Shown: positions 1-11,690, numbered from the stretch's first letter. The stretch is DNA of 64,000 nt from Epithemia pelagica (GCA_946965045.2 OX337230.1:1240001-1304000), one strand, 5' to 3'. Numbers and translations are program-made. Notes: generated by a model from the sequence alone, not told the origin.

Positions 1-979
1 AATTCTTGTACAATGGACAAGGGAAGTTCACCAGGTGTTGGCATCATGGTGGTCTACAAAAAGGACAACGTGAAAGACGACAAACAAAACAGTTGACCAC
101 ACATGGGTGAGACGACACAGTTTTGCAAACCTCTCCGCTTTTTCTCGGACAAAGACAACACTGAATCCATGGCTCAAGACAACGTACCGAAACGGGACTC
201 GGCGTGGGTGCCGGAGTGGGAGCCACGGGTGCATTGGTGGGAGGGTCGGTCAAGTCCACTTCTTTGGTAGTGGAGTCGTCATCATCATCATCATTCATGC
301 TTGTGACCAAAAAGGTGATACCAATCGCCAAACCAATGGCAAACAAAAAAAGACAGGCACAAATCAAGAGCATGAGCAAAAGCATTTTCTTGGCGCGTTT
401 GTGACGTCGTTGACTTTGCACACTGGATCGGGTCGCGACACTGTGCGAATCTCGAACCAACCGTTTCCGATTGTTTTGTTCTTCATCGTCTTGATAATAT
501 TGGGCTTCCACTTGATTGTGCCATTCTGCCACACGAGAAAAATGTTCTGGTTTGCTGCTATTGTCATCGTCCACCACCGGTGAGGTGGCGGGAGGTTCGT
601 CGGAAAAGTATTCGGACGGTTCGACCATGCTAGGATTGCGTTGCGCCGAGGACTGACTCGATCGCATCTGGTTGGTAGGTGGTGGTGGAGCCTGACGGCC
701 ATTGGAAGGAGGTCCTCGTCGAGAATTTGTTTGACGTGGTGGCGGAGGACGACGAGCCGAGGGTTCCTTGGCGGCCTTGTATTGATTCCCCGAAGATGAC
801 AGTGGTTCAAACTCGTCTTTTTTCATGGTACTCATGTCGGGGCCCATAAAGCCAATGGTACTCACACCATCCTTACTGGCCATTTCTTCTACGTAGATGC
901 TTCGCGGACCAAAGGTAAACTCGGAATCCACATCGGGTCCATAGGCACTATTGCCCGTGTTGTTCTGATCAGACATCAT
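1..979 (-). CDS. Type II single-pass membrane protein with Pro/Thr-rich stalk (3'-partial, continues beyond window start; intron 54..187)
   Basis: ORF 44..979: disordered N-terminus, basic RRHKRAKK, hydrophobic LLLMLLICACLFLFAIGLAIGITFLV, then PTNAPVAPTPAPTPSPVS. Phase-0 donor GTACGT at 187 and acceptor tttttgtAG at 54 give an open continuation TTMMPTPGELPLSIVQE to the window edge. Confidence 0.75.
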
Positions 980-1648
980 CTTGGCTTGAGTGTTCTTGCC
1001 CCTTTTGCTTTATGGCTTGCTCTCTCGACCTTGTCGGTTTGGCTGCTGCTGCCAAAGAAACTCCAATCAATATAACAGCAGGTGCGAGTCTAGTCCTTGT
1101 GTTTGGCCAACAAACAAGACAACCGTGGTGTATTCAAAGGATCGTCACACAACACGACGATTTCTCACAAAAGTGCTCTTGGTTCGGAAATGGGACACGG
1201 TGGAACCCAAAAACAGTGAGCGAGTTTGTGTTGGGTTTGCTGGAACCACTTTCTTGGGTGTGGGCCTGCCAGCTTCCGAAATCTGTTGGGTGTCGTCTAC
1301 TCAATGATGTGCAGTGGCATCCCCAATAAAATGTCTCATCCATGGGGGCTTAAGTAAAAGCAAGATGAGCGCACTTTTCTCACTCGGAACCTTTTTGTGT
1401 CATCGTCTTGACCTTCTCACGGGATCGCGCACCCAGTGAGCACCCCCTATTTCTTTTTGTCATGTCAAGAGAGAGCCCCCCTTCACCCTTCACGTCTCGA
1501 TAGGGTCTATTGAAAAGTTGTCTAGGAGTAACAAAGACAAGAGAAAAGGAAAGCACAAGGTCTAGTGTTTCCAAAAGCATATCGTTAACGTGGATTCGTT
1601 CAACTAGTTATCCAAGCCATCCGAATGATTGACTGCTCTTCTTGGTGC

Positions 1649-2620
1649 TCATGATTTTTGTCCCAGCTTTTTCTTTTTGAGTACATTGGAATCCATAATC
1701 ATGCCCATGAGTGGATTGACGGCGGGTCGTGGTTTTTCCGGTTCCTTTTGCATACTGTCCATAATATCTTTGGTTTTGGGGATATGGACTTGTTCGAGAT
1801 TGGACCGAATGTCAATTTCATTGGCCTCCACAATGGAACCAATGTTTTGCAAATGGTATTCCTCCAAAAAGAAGCGTTCAATTTTCATCACCTTACTCAC
1901 TGTTTTGGTCAAGTAGGCACTGATATCAACCTTTGTTGGATCGGTGTAATCGCTGCAATCCGGATTGACCGTGACCCATACCGTCGATTTGACGTGATAT
2001 CGACAGGTTTTCTCCTCGGGATCGTCCATGTGCACAATATGGTAGGAATGCCAGGCTCCTTCCTCGGCCGATTTGTGAATGCAAAAGACGGCTTGAAAAT
2101 TTTTGGATTCTGTCTCTCCCAAAAAGCAACTACTGACGGCTTGTGATCCATAATACAATTTGGCATAGGCCGACCAAACATTGTTGAATTTCTTTTCCAA
2201 ATCCAACAGCATGTCATCGGTTTGGGGACTTTTGGTAGACGGGCATTCGATGCCGCCCTTTTTGTATACTTTGTTGTTCCAGGGTGATCGATATTCTCCA
2301 GTGGCAACTTTGTTGTGACTACACATGATAAAAGTCTTTTCCTTTTTGGGTTTGGAGTCGTCGTCAAATTCACAAATGGCAAAGGGTACGGGAAAGTCAT
2401 TTTCCAACTTGTCCTTGGCCTTTTGATCCAAGGAAGATGATTTTTGCACCACACCTTCCAACGTCTGTCAATATTTCATGCAGAAAGGAAGGATGGTGAG
2501 ACGACGACCAACAAAGCCACACGATCCTGGTGTACACCCGGTGACAGAGTGATTGCATCCTTTCAAGGCATGTACCTTTCCCAATTCGGCAGGAGGAACT
2601 TTTTCCAGCACCTTGTCCAT
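1649..2620 (-). CDS. CAPZB: F-actin capping protein beta subunit (exons 2576..2620 and 1649..2464)
   Basis: Motifs match capping protein beta: YRSPWNNK, LEKKFNNVWSAYAKLYY, GAWHSYHIV, YHVKSTVWV, HLQNIGSIVEANEIDIRSNLEQVHIPKTKDIM. A 15-codon first exon MDKVLEKVPPAELGK splices in frame (GT 2575, AG 2465). Confidence 0.9.
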
Positions 2621-2759
2621 TGTCTCGTAGTGTGTGCTGATACAAATCTTTCCTTTGGTCGGACTATTCTTGCTGCGCTATACCAAAGCGTTGGTCGCAA
2701 CTCTGGCATGTAATGATCCGATCACAAGATGAGAGAAGAATGACCCTCCAAAGACCGTC

Positions 2760-2900
2760 CATGAATGTGGGGGAGAATCTGATTATCTCCCCAAATAGTT
2801 GCGCCAATCCGTGACTCACCCCTTCTTATGGCACAGCGGATCTATTGGGGGGGTTCCCTTCCAACTTTTGTTCCCCCAAACGCTCCCACCACGCTCTTAA
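2760..2900 (-). repeat. Short degenerate fragment homologous to about 14968..15130 (CRN-like nuclease gene remnant)
   Basis: Shared blocks gaatgtggggg...cccaaat, caatccgtgactcaccccttctt and ggggggttcccttccaacttttg-tcccccaaa. Both translate on the minus strand to RAxWExLGEQKLEGNPP. Confidence 0.6.
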
Positions 2901-3067
2901 GCAGAGTAAACCCTTGCGCTTGATAATAATGGCTGACGCCAGAAAAACATTCGCAAGAGTGCAGCAACACAAACGACTGATGTTTTTTGTTTGACTTGCT
3001 GCTGGGTGACTGTTCGAATTCGCCACAGAACGATCGAAGCAGTGGTAGCTATAACATCACTGACGAC

Positions 3068-3500
3068 ATGAAGACGCCCTGGGAACGTATTAAAGACGAA
3101 AATTATCGAGAATGGCTTTCTCAGAGGCAGATTATAGCCGATGAGTACAATACCCTGAATATTGTTGAGCGCAGTACTCTTCAGTCGCAGTACGTGAGTG
3201 AGCAGGTGAGTTTGAATTTGTGCTTGTGATGTTTTATCTGTTGTGTTCGTGATCTTACAGTTTCACCTTTGTTCTCACAAAGAAGATGTGAGTGCCCGCC
3301 TGCGCATCGAGAAAGACAAATGTGAGGCCGAAGAAGAAATGAACGACCCTTTGCAGCGTTCATTTTGCGAGACGATGACAGTTATGAGCATGCTGGAAGG
3401 CTTTCTTAGTCCATCGCTGTATAAGAAGATATACAATGACATCTCTGCTGACAGAGACGAATTGGTGGAGCAAGGGTTTGTATTTGAAAAGCATGAGTAA
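3068..3500 (+). CDS. Hypothetical small protein, probably two exons (3068..3205, 3261..3500)
   Basis: MKTPWERIKDENYREWLSQ... ends at a GTGAGT donor (3206); an in-frame continuation follows ttacAG (3260). No recognisable domain; the intron would be only 55 bp. Confidence 0.35.
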
Positions 3501-3778
3501 CTGATGTTTTATGACACAAATGTTCTGCCAACCAATCTATCAATACATCGACAACAAATAAGCTGATCGAATCTCTTGCAATTCCCTTCGTTATTGTTGA
3601 AGGGACTCAATTGTTACTCTATGTGACACGACTGGGAATGGTTGGTGTCCCCTATGTTTCGACACTGAATCTATATGACCGCGTCTTCTACAGCAGCAGT
3701 GATGTAACTTGCGCACAATCACCATCAAATGTTCGGTGCACAATCACCATCAAACGATGATTTGGGAAAAAATTTGTT

Positions 3779-4737
3779 TTGAATTTGCGGAACAAGATCA
3801 AAGAATTAGAAAACCTATGCTGTCGCCCAAGAGACATCAAGATTTATGAAAAAGGAACAACAATTGAAGACTATCAAAATAACCAGCCACTGGGACTTGG
3901 TGTCCTACTAACTGACAAGCGAATTCAGGGAACAACGGAAGCAGAGCCGTTGCTCGTGATAGTAGCACCATCGAATCTTCCAGCAGTTGCACCCTGTCAG
4001 CAAACGCACGGGTCTAACAAGGCCGCACTACAAAGATGGAAGATCTTTTTGCTTCAAGGAGGACTCGAGGATTACCGCAAGAAACGGAATCAAATCGTTC
4101 TGCCGCATGCTGTTAGTCGCATCTCGTGCTACCTAAATCTGGGCATTCTGTCTATCTTTGATTTTTGCACGATGTATGGAACGCCAGAGCTACTGAAAAG
4201 GGATACGCGACCGGATGTGACAAGTTCCTTGAAGAAGTTGTCAAGTGGAGAGAAATTGGTTATGCGTACACCTTTGCCAACCCAAGTGACTATGGGAGCT
4301 TGGTTCAGGCGATTCCGAATTGGGCCAAGACGTTTCTAGAAGGCCAACACAAGCAGAGAACGATTGGAAGTGCATTTGGTAGCTCTTCTGCTACTGGAAA
4401 ACATCGGTATTCCCATACTGATTTGCAACAAGCCAAAACCAACGATTCACATTGGAGTGCGATGCAGACTTACTTGAACGAAACAGGTGAATTACACAAC
4501 AATGCTCGCATGACGTGGGGCAAGACGGTCGTTCATTGGCAGTGCCAACATTACCCTCCAGAACAAGTATTATTGGTACTCTGCTGGCTGAATGACCGAT
4601 TTGCCTTGGATGGACTCTCGCCTCCAAGTTATGCTGGAATCTTGTGGTGTTTTGGATGGGGCAACAAACCTGGTCCATCCACAAAAATTAGTAAATCTCC
4701 TGTATCGACCAAGTGGGCGTTCAACTACCATACTTGA
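3779..4737 (+). pseudogene. Chimeric, frameshifted ORF: CRN-type ubiquitin-like header fused to a class II CPD photolyase FAD-binding domain
   Basis: Photolyase class II motifs SRISCYLNLG, KFLEEVVKWRE, WSAMQTYLNETGELHNNARMTWGK, LNDRFALDG.SPPSYAGILWC. The two ORFs join if one T is added to the T5 run at 4162-4166. The N-terminus LRNKIKE...IYEKGTT...GTTEAEPLLVIVAP resembles CRN Ubl headers. The photolyase antenna domain is absent. Confidence 0.7.
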
Positions 4738-5793
4738 GCAGATGGATTTGCAACTGCCAAGTATCGATTGTTGGAGGAACGGCCAGCGTCTTCGAACTCA
4801 AATGCAACTGTCAGCAAGCGGAAATTAGAAGATGTTGGAGGACAGTGTGACGGAGGACCTCAAGGAGACACACCGACAAGAACAAAGAGTATACGTTCCT
4901 ATTTCTCCCCAGTCTCAAAGTGAAAAACGGTATCTGCGTCTATTTTCGAAGGGAATGTCTCTGGATATTGTACATGAGCTACCTCTACAAACCTGCCAAT
5001 TGCAATTGAACCATCGGTTGTATGATACAGCAATAGGTACATGAGGCAAGAACCAAAAAGAGAGTGTAATCATTGCTACTCCCGATCAGATCATTGAACG
5101 TTTAAAGCGGTACTCCTCCCGTTTAATTCGTGTTGAAGGGTGTGATCTGGAGAATGGTTATTCCAATTAAAGGAAGTGACTCTCCAGTGGTGTCGCACAT
5201 TGGGGGGAAGCTGCAAAACTAGATCAGCCAAAAGGGAATGCAACAATCGATTCCCCTGGGAAGGCTGAAATCGATCAATTTGATGGGGTCTCCTGTGCCG
5301 ATCATTTGGCGTCGTTGCGTTAATTCAATTGATGATCCTCGTTTAAAAAAGACCTGTTTCTTTCCACTGTAGAGTTACGGCAGCAATATATCAAGGATTT
5401 ACAGATCAATGTCTCTATCGCAGGTTCACACGCCACGCTTAGAGCAGTGTTTAATTTTCTCTCAAATAGACTTTGCTCTTAGCACACAAAGACCATCCTT
5501 TGCCAATTACTTTATTCGTGAATATTGCTTATCATAGTCGTTTTCGAAAATTCAATCTGCTGAAATTTGTAGTTGCTACTGCTAAGTTTTTTTTTCGGAG
5601 ATACTGGATGAGGATGTTGTGATGCCCTACTACATATTGTGTCAAAACTAATAACGCGACTATTCTGTGATAACTATTTCATTCCAGACTTGCGATCTTG
5701 ATAATGTCACGAGAAACAGGTTGGTTTCGTTTGCAGTTGCTGGTCGCTAGCATGTTATTGTAGGCATAACACAGTAGCTTGGCGAGGCTGTGT

Positions 5794-6986
5794 CTATTGC
5801 TGCTCGTCCTGGCACACGTCAGCAATTTCACGGGTAATTTCATTCGCAATTTTATCTCCGGCAGCCGTTACCGACAAAAGAGCACTCTCAAAGCTTCCAA
5901 ATCGAACATTATCGTCATATGCCACATAATGCAACCTTCGAGCTGGGCACAAAAGAGAAGTCTTGCGAAAGAGAAGTCTTGCGAAAGCGCCTTGCCCTTG
6001 GGGAATGCGTTTCCCCATCGGTGCAAGACAGGTCCATAGTCACAAGATGGAGAATCCTCTAGAGCAGGCACACTTGGGATCTGGTTAAGGGCTACCATCA
6101 TTTCCTTGATTAGAGCCTCCTCTCGAGAAGCATCCGAAGCCGCTTCTCCGATCCTGGCAGCGCTGAAGGATGCCCCGTAAACACCCGTATTTTCTAGAGC
6201 AAAATCTTCTGTCGAATGTAAGACCACTGAGCACCATTTGTCATCATTGTCTTTCTTTCCACCCTGAATCACAACCTTCGACAACACCGAGCTATCCTTA
6301 ATGCTTGCAACATGGTAGCCTAGTTTCAGCCACTCTCGGGCTCTAGGTCCCGAAAAGGCCACCATTACGACAAAGACGGGCGACACCTGTTGCTTTGCGA
6401 TCTCTTCCAGGCTTTTTTGAAGCATTGGATCCTAATATTTTTGCTGGGCGGCGACCAGGGGCGGTTCTCCGCCAAAGGTCGCAGACCAGCAAGGATGAGC
6501 GATTCCGCTTCCGGCCACCACAAGCCAATCTGCGGATCCAACTACATTTTGATCCTTGTCCATTAATTCCCATTGACAGCCTTGATTTTTAGAAAGGGAC
6601 CGGATCATGGTTTTGTATCTGGTTTCGATCGCGGGCGGTGTGTTTTGGATCATCGCGGTGGTAATATCCGACATTTGGCCGTTTGCACCAGTCACATACA
6701 TTATTTGTTCACTGTTGGAGGATTCATTTTCAATAAACTTTCCCGTGATGGAATCAAGAGACCCAGAAACACCACAAAAGACCTCCGTAGCGTCCTCTAC
6801 CAGAGATTTTTGCCCAATTTCGATGAAATATCGGCGTAGGGTGCCCCGTGATTGATCTTTAGATAGGGAAGCTTTCGGGTTGTACGCGTTGAGGCTCTTC
6901 CACCCGGAACCCGACCTATTTTGTACAGTGTGATTTGTATTTGTTCCGAGCCTGAACGCTGGGCCAATCTCCGAGCCGAAGCACAT
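5794..6986 (-). pseudogene. Renalase-like FAD/NAD-dependent oxidoreductase pseudogene
   Basis: ORFs 6432..6986 and 5868..6425 are in one frame, split by a TAG at 6432-6434. Motifs ADWLVVA, VVMVAF, VVLHSTEDFA, LHRWGNAFP. A 16-bp tandem duplication (5952-5983) shifts the frame; removing it restores KVALCG. The C-terminal RFGSFESALLS.TAAG lies in another frame. No intact GxGxxG found upstream. Confidence 0.65.
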
Positions 6987-7428
6987 CCAGCTATCCCCTG
7001 TTAGGCCCTGTTAGGGTTGGGTATTCCAAGTGGAATAGCTGGTAAAAGAAGGAGACTACGTAGGACCATTGAAGGGACGTCGTGCTGTGATGAGAAACGT
7101 GTCCAACGTAGATTATGGCGAAGCTATGATTGAGTGTGGGTTCGGTGGTTTGAATCCTACAGTAACGCCTGGCTTCCGGCGGATAACGGTGACTGATGGC
7201 CCGGAGCGCGCGCTGCACGCGAAGGGATAAATAGGTCCCTGTACATACAACATTCACATCGTTTGGACCGGCCTCAGACGATATTCAATCACTTGCGCCA
7301 TATACACACTGGGTCCACTGGTAAAAAAGCAAAAGAAAGAAGACAGCAGGACAAACATAGAAGTGTGCAGATTATCAGCACTCCCGCCATTACCACAACA
7401 ACAACGACAACAACAGCCGGACGATACC

Positions 7429-8688
7429 ATGGAAACTCTGGAGGAGGAGTTCACAACACCAGAAAATGTCCGGAAATGGCTTGTCGATGACCGGAGGGTA
7501 CCACAGGGCGTCGCTGGTGCAGTGGCTCCGACTCTATTTGAAGGCAGCTATATCTATCCGTCATCCTTACTTAATATACCACGGAATGATCTTGATTTGC
7601 TGGATATCAGTCCACCACATAAAAACATACTGTTTAACAAGCTCCGGCAGCAACAGCAACAACAATGTAATGAACAACAAAAACAACAGGTGAATGATTC
7701 GGAGGATATGAAACGGAAAATCGAAAACATAGAGAAAATGATGATCGAGTCAAAAACGGATGACAGAAACATGTCGAAGGCGAACACTGAATTTGCAACC
7801 GATCTGTTGACCGGGCTGTCGATCTCCTGGCGTAACGCCGTCGCCAACATGAATGTCGGAGTCGGATCTGTTGTAGGAAATTTTGAATGGGAGCAAGCAC
7901 TTTTGACGGGAGGAACAGGAAAACTTTCGGAAAATGATGGGACCCCATCGGCACTGAAATGGCTCTTTGGTAAGTTGGATCAAGCGCTTGCTGTGGACGG
8001 CAAGAAGCTAGGCATAAGAGACGTGAAAGGAAAGAAATTAGCACCTATCAAGGCCGATCGAAAGGTGGCAAACGGCAAGTCTGACGGATGTGTTACGGAG
8101 GAATCAATGCTCGCACTTTGTGAGCGGTCTCAGGAATCGTTCTACACATACGGTATGGCACTGGTCGAGATGAAGACCGACAGGACGCCGATGAATAAGG
8201 CCCAAATGTTACTCCAGCTTGCTGCTTTCTCGAGGGAAAGTGTATGGGGGCAATCAACAATTCTGCTGGGTACGGATGGGAACAAGAAATGGTACTTGGT
8301 ACAATTTGAGGCCCTCAACAGCATGTTGATAACCCAGTACAATGATGGGCGGGAGTGTTTGAATGAATTTGAATCTCTCCTGAAGTCTTTGAAAACCAGG
8401 GAGGCAAAACTGCGAGGTAGCAAGCGCGCTAAACTTGCTCCAGTATTGGAAGAACAGTTTCAGTCAGAACATCATCTTCCTGGGGCTTCTACCCCGGGCA
8501 CAGCTTCTCTAGCATGGACCGATGGAGCGGGAGAAGGCCAGGATGCTGTGGACAAGGCAATAGAGAATGAGGCTCTGTTGCATCGACTTGCTAACGCACT
8601 TGCGGAGTCACCTTTGAGTGACGGAGTCCGCCCATCTCTTCCGGAATGGTCTCTTGCTAAAAATGTGGTTCCTTCATACTATACGTAG
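7429..8688 (+). CDS. Intact protein with SAM-like N-terminal helical domain, polyQ/coiled-coil linker and PD-(D/E)XK nuclease-like C-terminal domain (Crinkler/CR-REase-like)
   Basis: N-terminus VRKWL...LFEGSYIYPSSLLNIPRNDLDLLDISPPHKNILFNKL is SAM-like. C-terminus has GKSDGCV, ALVEMK, KAQMLLQLAA and ILLGTDGNKKWYLV in the usual D / ExK / Q order of restriction-endonuclease folds. ATG at 7429 within ORF 7363..8688. Confidence 0.55.
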   Translation: METLEEEFTTPENVRKWLVDDRRVPQGVAGAVAPTLFEGSYIYPSSLLNIPRNDLDLLDISPPHKNILFNKLRQQQQQQCNEQQKQQVNDSEDMKRKIENIEKMMIESKTDDRNMSKANTEFATDLLTGLSISWRNAVANMNVGVGSVVGNFEWEQALLTGGTGKLSENDGTPSALKWLFGKLDQALAVDGKKLGIRDVKGKKLAPIKADRKVANGKSDGCVTEESMLALCERSQESFYTYGMALVEMKTDRTPMNKAQMLLQLAAFSRESVWGQSTILLGTDGNKKWYLVQFEALNSMLITQYNDGRECLNEFESLLKSLKTREAKLRGSKRAKLAPVLEEQFQSEHHLPGASTPGTASLAWTDGAGEGQDAVDKAIENEALLHRLANALAESPLSDGVRPSLPEWSLAKNVVPSYYT

Positions 8689-8737
8689 AGGGGAAGGATT
8701 GAAACCATTCTAAGGAAGCTTTTCCCCTAGCTCACAC

Positions 8738-10156
8738 ATGCTAACCCCAAAATACAAATGTCACCGCTCAAGATTTTCTGCAATTCTGAAGATCCACAGC
8801 GACTACCTCTGTTTAGAATTAAGGTGTTGTGGAATCGAACCACTGCGCTACCATCGACAAAAAATGGGCAACAACACCGCGAAAAATCACCATCTTTCTC
8901 ACCTGCCTCACTATGGGAGCCGATGGGGACCATTTACCGGAATGGACTCGGGTGACAGTGAGCGGAACCACAAATTCCAAGTAAAGAACCAGTCCAAGTG
9001 GACACAGAGGCGTGAGTACAGTTTCCAAGGGCAGTTCGGAAGGCGGTGGTGCGAGACAAGACTGGTTAGCTTGGCAGTAAACAAGTACAGAGAATGTAAT
9101 GGCTTGTTTGTTTCGGGTTCCGACGGTAACGAAGCCGACACAAGCAGCAAGGTAAATATTGTTCTTGGCGGAACTCATTATGATATTGGAATAAATGGGC
9201 TCGGAGTTGCCGCAATGGGGTGGACCGACCAAAGCAAACGTGGCAAGGCTACACATCCTCAACCAGTCATTGATTTCCTTTGCCACAGTGTCCTCGGTAA
9301 GGTCAGTGGTAACACAATTCATGGGAGAACGGAAGTTTCATTAATTCTGAATGGGGAGAAGCAAATATTTCGGGCTCACCCCAATTATTGATCGGATTCA
9401 AATCAGCGTTTGCACATGTGGTACGATTGGGCCATATTCAAGTACAGGTCACCCAACGGAAAATCCAGAAGGCTTCCTGGTCAGATAACTGCAATCGTAC
9501 AAATTGGAGCGGTTGTTGAAAAAGATGGTAAGCTCCCAATGGTGAGAAGAGTTGATCTTGCCCCAAACAAATCCTATGCTGTTGTGCGACTCTTTCGCAA
9601 GGAACCAAAGCTTGATTTCAGGAAATCTTGTCTGGGCAACAACGCCCAATACACCTATTCGATCCGCTGGGGAGATGTGAGAAACGGGTTCCATCTCCTT
9701 CCAATTGAAACGATTGTCGCAACGGCAATGGTAGTGCCCAACGAGGTAGCGGATCCTGATTGTGCTGTGGATTGCCCATCTCCGTTGGGAGGTGGATATT
9801 TTGTGCTGCCTAGCAGAGAACAGCTCGGTGACGATTTTTTGGATGTGATAGCCCGGGAGTCAGAGGAGATCCAGGATAGCGATAATAGCGACGAGGAAGA
9901 GGAAGAAAACAGCGACAAAGAAGAAGAAGATGAAAGTGACGACGAAGACAAAGAAGACCAGAGAAAAGAAGAAGAACAAGACGAGGGGAACGACGAAGAA
10001 GAAGGCGAGAGCGATGACAAAGAAGAAGAAAGCAGCGACGACAAGGATTCACATTCAGGAGATAGTGAAGAAGAAAATGGCGACGAACATTCTTGCTACA
10101 AATGCAAGCGCATGAACTACCTGGAAAGATACATAAATAATCTCGGACTAGACTAA
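8738..10156 (+). mobile_element. Plavaka/CACTA-like transposase C-terminal remnant with premature stop and acidic tail
   Basis: ORFs 8738..9391 and 9410..10156 are in one frame. Read through the TGA at 9389 they give IFRAHPNY*SDSNQRLHMWYDWAIF, then PGQITAIV and LLPIETIVATAMVVPN, motifs I associate with Plavaka-type elements. No TIRs identified. Confidence 0.5.
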
Positions 10157-10174
10157 CATTCCAATTAGTTTACT

Positions 10175-10636
10175 TTAGTCTTCAAATAGTTTTCTAGCAT
10201 GAATATTCGACTCTTCTATTTTTTCCGCAACTAACCTCATGCGACAAGAGATTTCTTTCATTTCGCAATCCCATCGGTTTCTCATTTTCTTGCTGGTACG
10301 ATTCCTTATACATGATGCACATTGCAATCCACAATCACAGGAAGTTGACAAAGACGTGTCAATTACAAGCCACTTACTCTGGTCTTGTTGAACTAGTGTG
10401 TAAGTTTGCTCGTCCGCATGCGAATGAAAATATAGATTTTTTACTGTCCTCTGCCCCGTTTCAAAACCACAAGAATGTCCCAACTTATACAGGAGGTCCA
10501 CGATGGTGTTCAATTTAATTCTGAGAGCATTCTCCGTCTCGAAAGTTTTGTGCATACTCACCGGCTCCTGACATTCTCCATTGAGGAAATATCTCAACCG
10601 CTCGACGAGAAGATCGTTCATAGTAGCTTCTAGCAT
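10175..10636 (-). CDS. Hypothetical 153-aa ORF with CxC..C..C cluster
   Basis: Open frame with ATG and SCDCGLQCASC. No confident family assignment. Confidence 0.25.
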   Translation of the reverse strand: MLEATMNDLLVERLRYFLNGECQEPVSMHKTFETENALRIKLNTIVDLLYKLGHSCGFETGQRTVKNLYFHSHADEQTYTLVQQDQSKWLVIDTSLSTSCDCGLQCASCIRNRTSKKMRNRWDCEMKEISCRMRLVAEKIEESNIHARKLFED

Positions 10637-10810
10637 CTCAACTTCCCTGGTGGCACGACGAAGCCGAATCTTGAATCGGCAAAAGAAGTGCGACTAAAAC
10701 TCACCGTGGGAGGTAGCCCGATGGGAAAAAGCGACGAGGAACGACAGCCCAACCGCCGGCAACTTGCGATTTCCTACCATCCCATTCAAATCTTCATTCC
10801 TTTCTTCCAC

Positions 10811-11345
10811 ATGATGTCTCGTTCATTGTTCAAGGTGCTCCCCAAAGTGCCCCCGGGAGGAGCGACGACGATTGCTCATCGTCGTTGTGTTGGCCAAAGC
10901 CGTTGGAAATCCACAGCGTTCGGCAAGAACGAAATGGACGAAATTTCGCCACGAGACGAAATCAACAAGCTCTCCACGAAGATGGACACTCTGGCGAGTC
11001 TCCATGTTCGTGCTGAGATTCTTGATTTCGTCTCGCAATATCAACAACGAAATTTCGTCCTTTTCCTTCTTGCCGACCTGCACAAAGATGGACAAGGAGA
11101 CGAGCAAGAGAGTGATCGAGGTAGTGATCGGGTTAGGGGGACTCATGCTTTCCCTCTATGGCGCTGCCATCATCAATCTTCAAGCGCATTCAAGTACCGT
11201 CACTGATAGATTCAATGGCGTCGCGGATAGATTCAATTCCGTCGGTGATAAATTCGACGGCGTTTCGCATCGTTTTGATGCGCAAGATGCCAGAATCGAT
11301 GCCCAACAAGTAAAGATCGAATTTCCCAACAAGAATGGCCGCTAG
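10811..11345 (+). pseudogene. Small mitochondria-targeted coiled-coil/TM family, copy 1 (frameshifted by internal inverted duplication)
   Basis: MMSRSLFKVLPKVPPGGATTIAHRRCVGQSRWKSTAFGK... is nearly identical to the copies at 28235, 31554 and 34898. The TM helix and C-terminal heptads (VIGLGGLMLSLYGAAII...DRFNGVADRFNSVGDKFDGVS) lie in a different frame after the inversion. Confidence 0.8.
10920..11076. repeat. Imperfect foldback inverted repeat (arms 10920-10990 and 10997-11076, 6-nt loop)
   Basis: The right arm is the reverse complement of the family segment GKKEKDEISLLILRDEIKNLSTNME. The left arm is the same segment in sense with a 9-nt deletion and several substitutions. Loop ctggcg. Confidence 0.85.
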
Positions 11346-11589
11346 TAGTTTGTCCTTTGTGCATGTCGGGGCGTCGTGTATGCGATAACTATTTCATAGA
11401 TAATGAGTTTAGAAAATCATCATTGCCTTTTCGAGTCGAAACACTACTTTGGTTTTGGTACAAACGCCTCCGTGGGAGCACGGGGATTTCCTTCGCATTC
11501 ATCAGTTTTGGCTGGGATACGGCGGCTCTTGGGAGAGATACGCGGGATCACGTAAGAGTCTCGATTCACACCTCCCTCCATTCACAGAG

Positions 11590-11690
11590 CAGACGGATTC
11601 GAACGGTGGCAGACGGATTCGAACGGTGGGGAAAATGATGGTGTCCCCTTCAAGTTTACATTGCCTGGCATGAGTGCTTACAAAACGACC
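11590..11690 (+). repeat. Junction with 20-bp tandem duplication followed by a ~75-bp copy of the 3' coding end of the plastid gene at 27473-27545
   Basis: cagacggattcgaacggtgg occurs twice (11590-11629). The following aaaatgatggtgtccccttcaagtttacattgcctggcatgagtgcttacaaaacgacc matches aaaatgctggtgtcccttacaagtttaccgtgccgggcatgagtgcttacaaaacgacg. Confidence 0.8.

Noticed and set aside
4832-5700. Short ORF 4832..5044 and downstream AT-rich sequence
   Set aside because: No recognisable motif or splice-supported extension.
6432-6434. TAG readthrough or recoding in the renalase-like gene
   Set aside because: The gene has further frameshifts and no intact N-terminal dinucleotide-binding motif, so ordinary decay is simpler.
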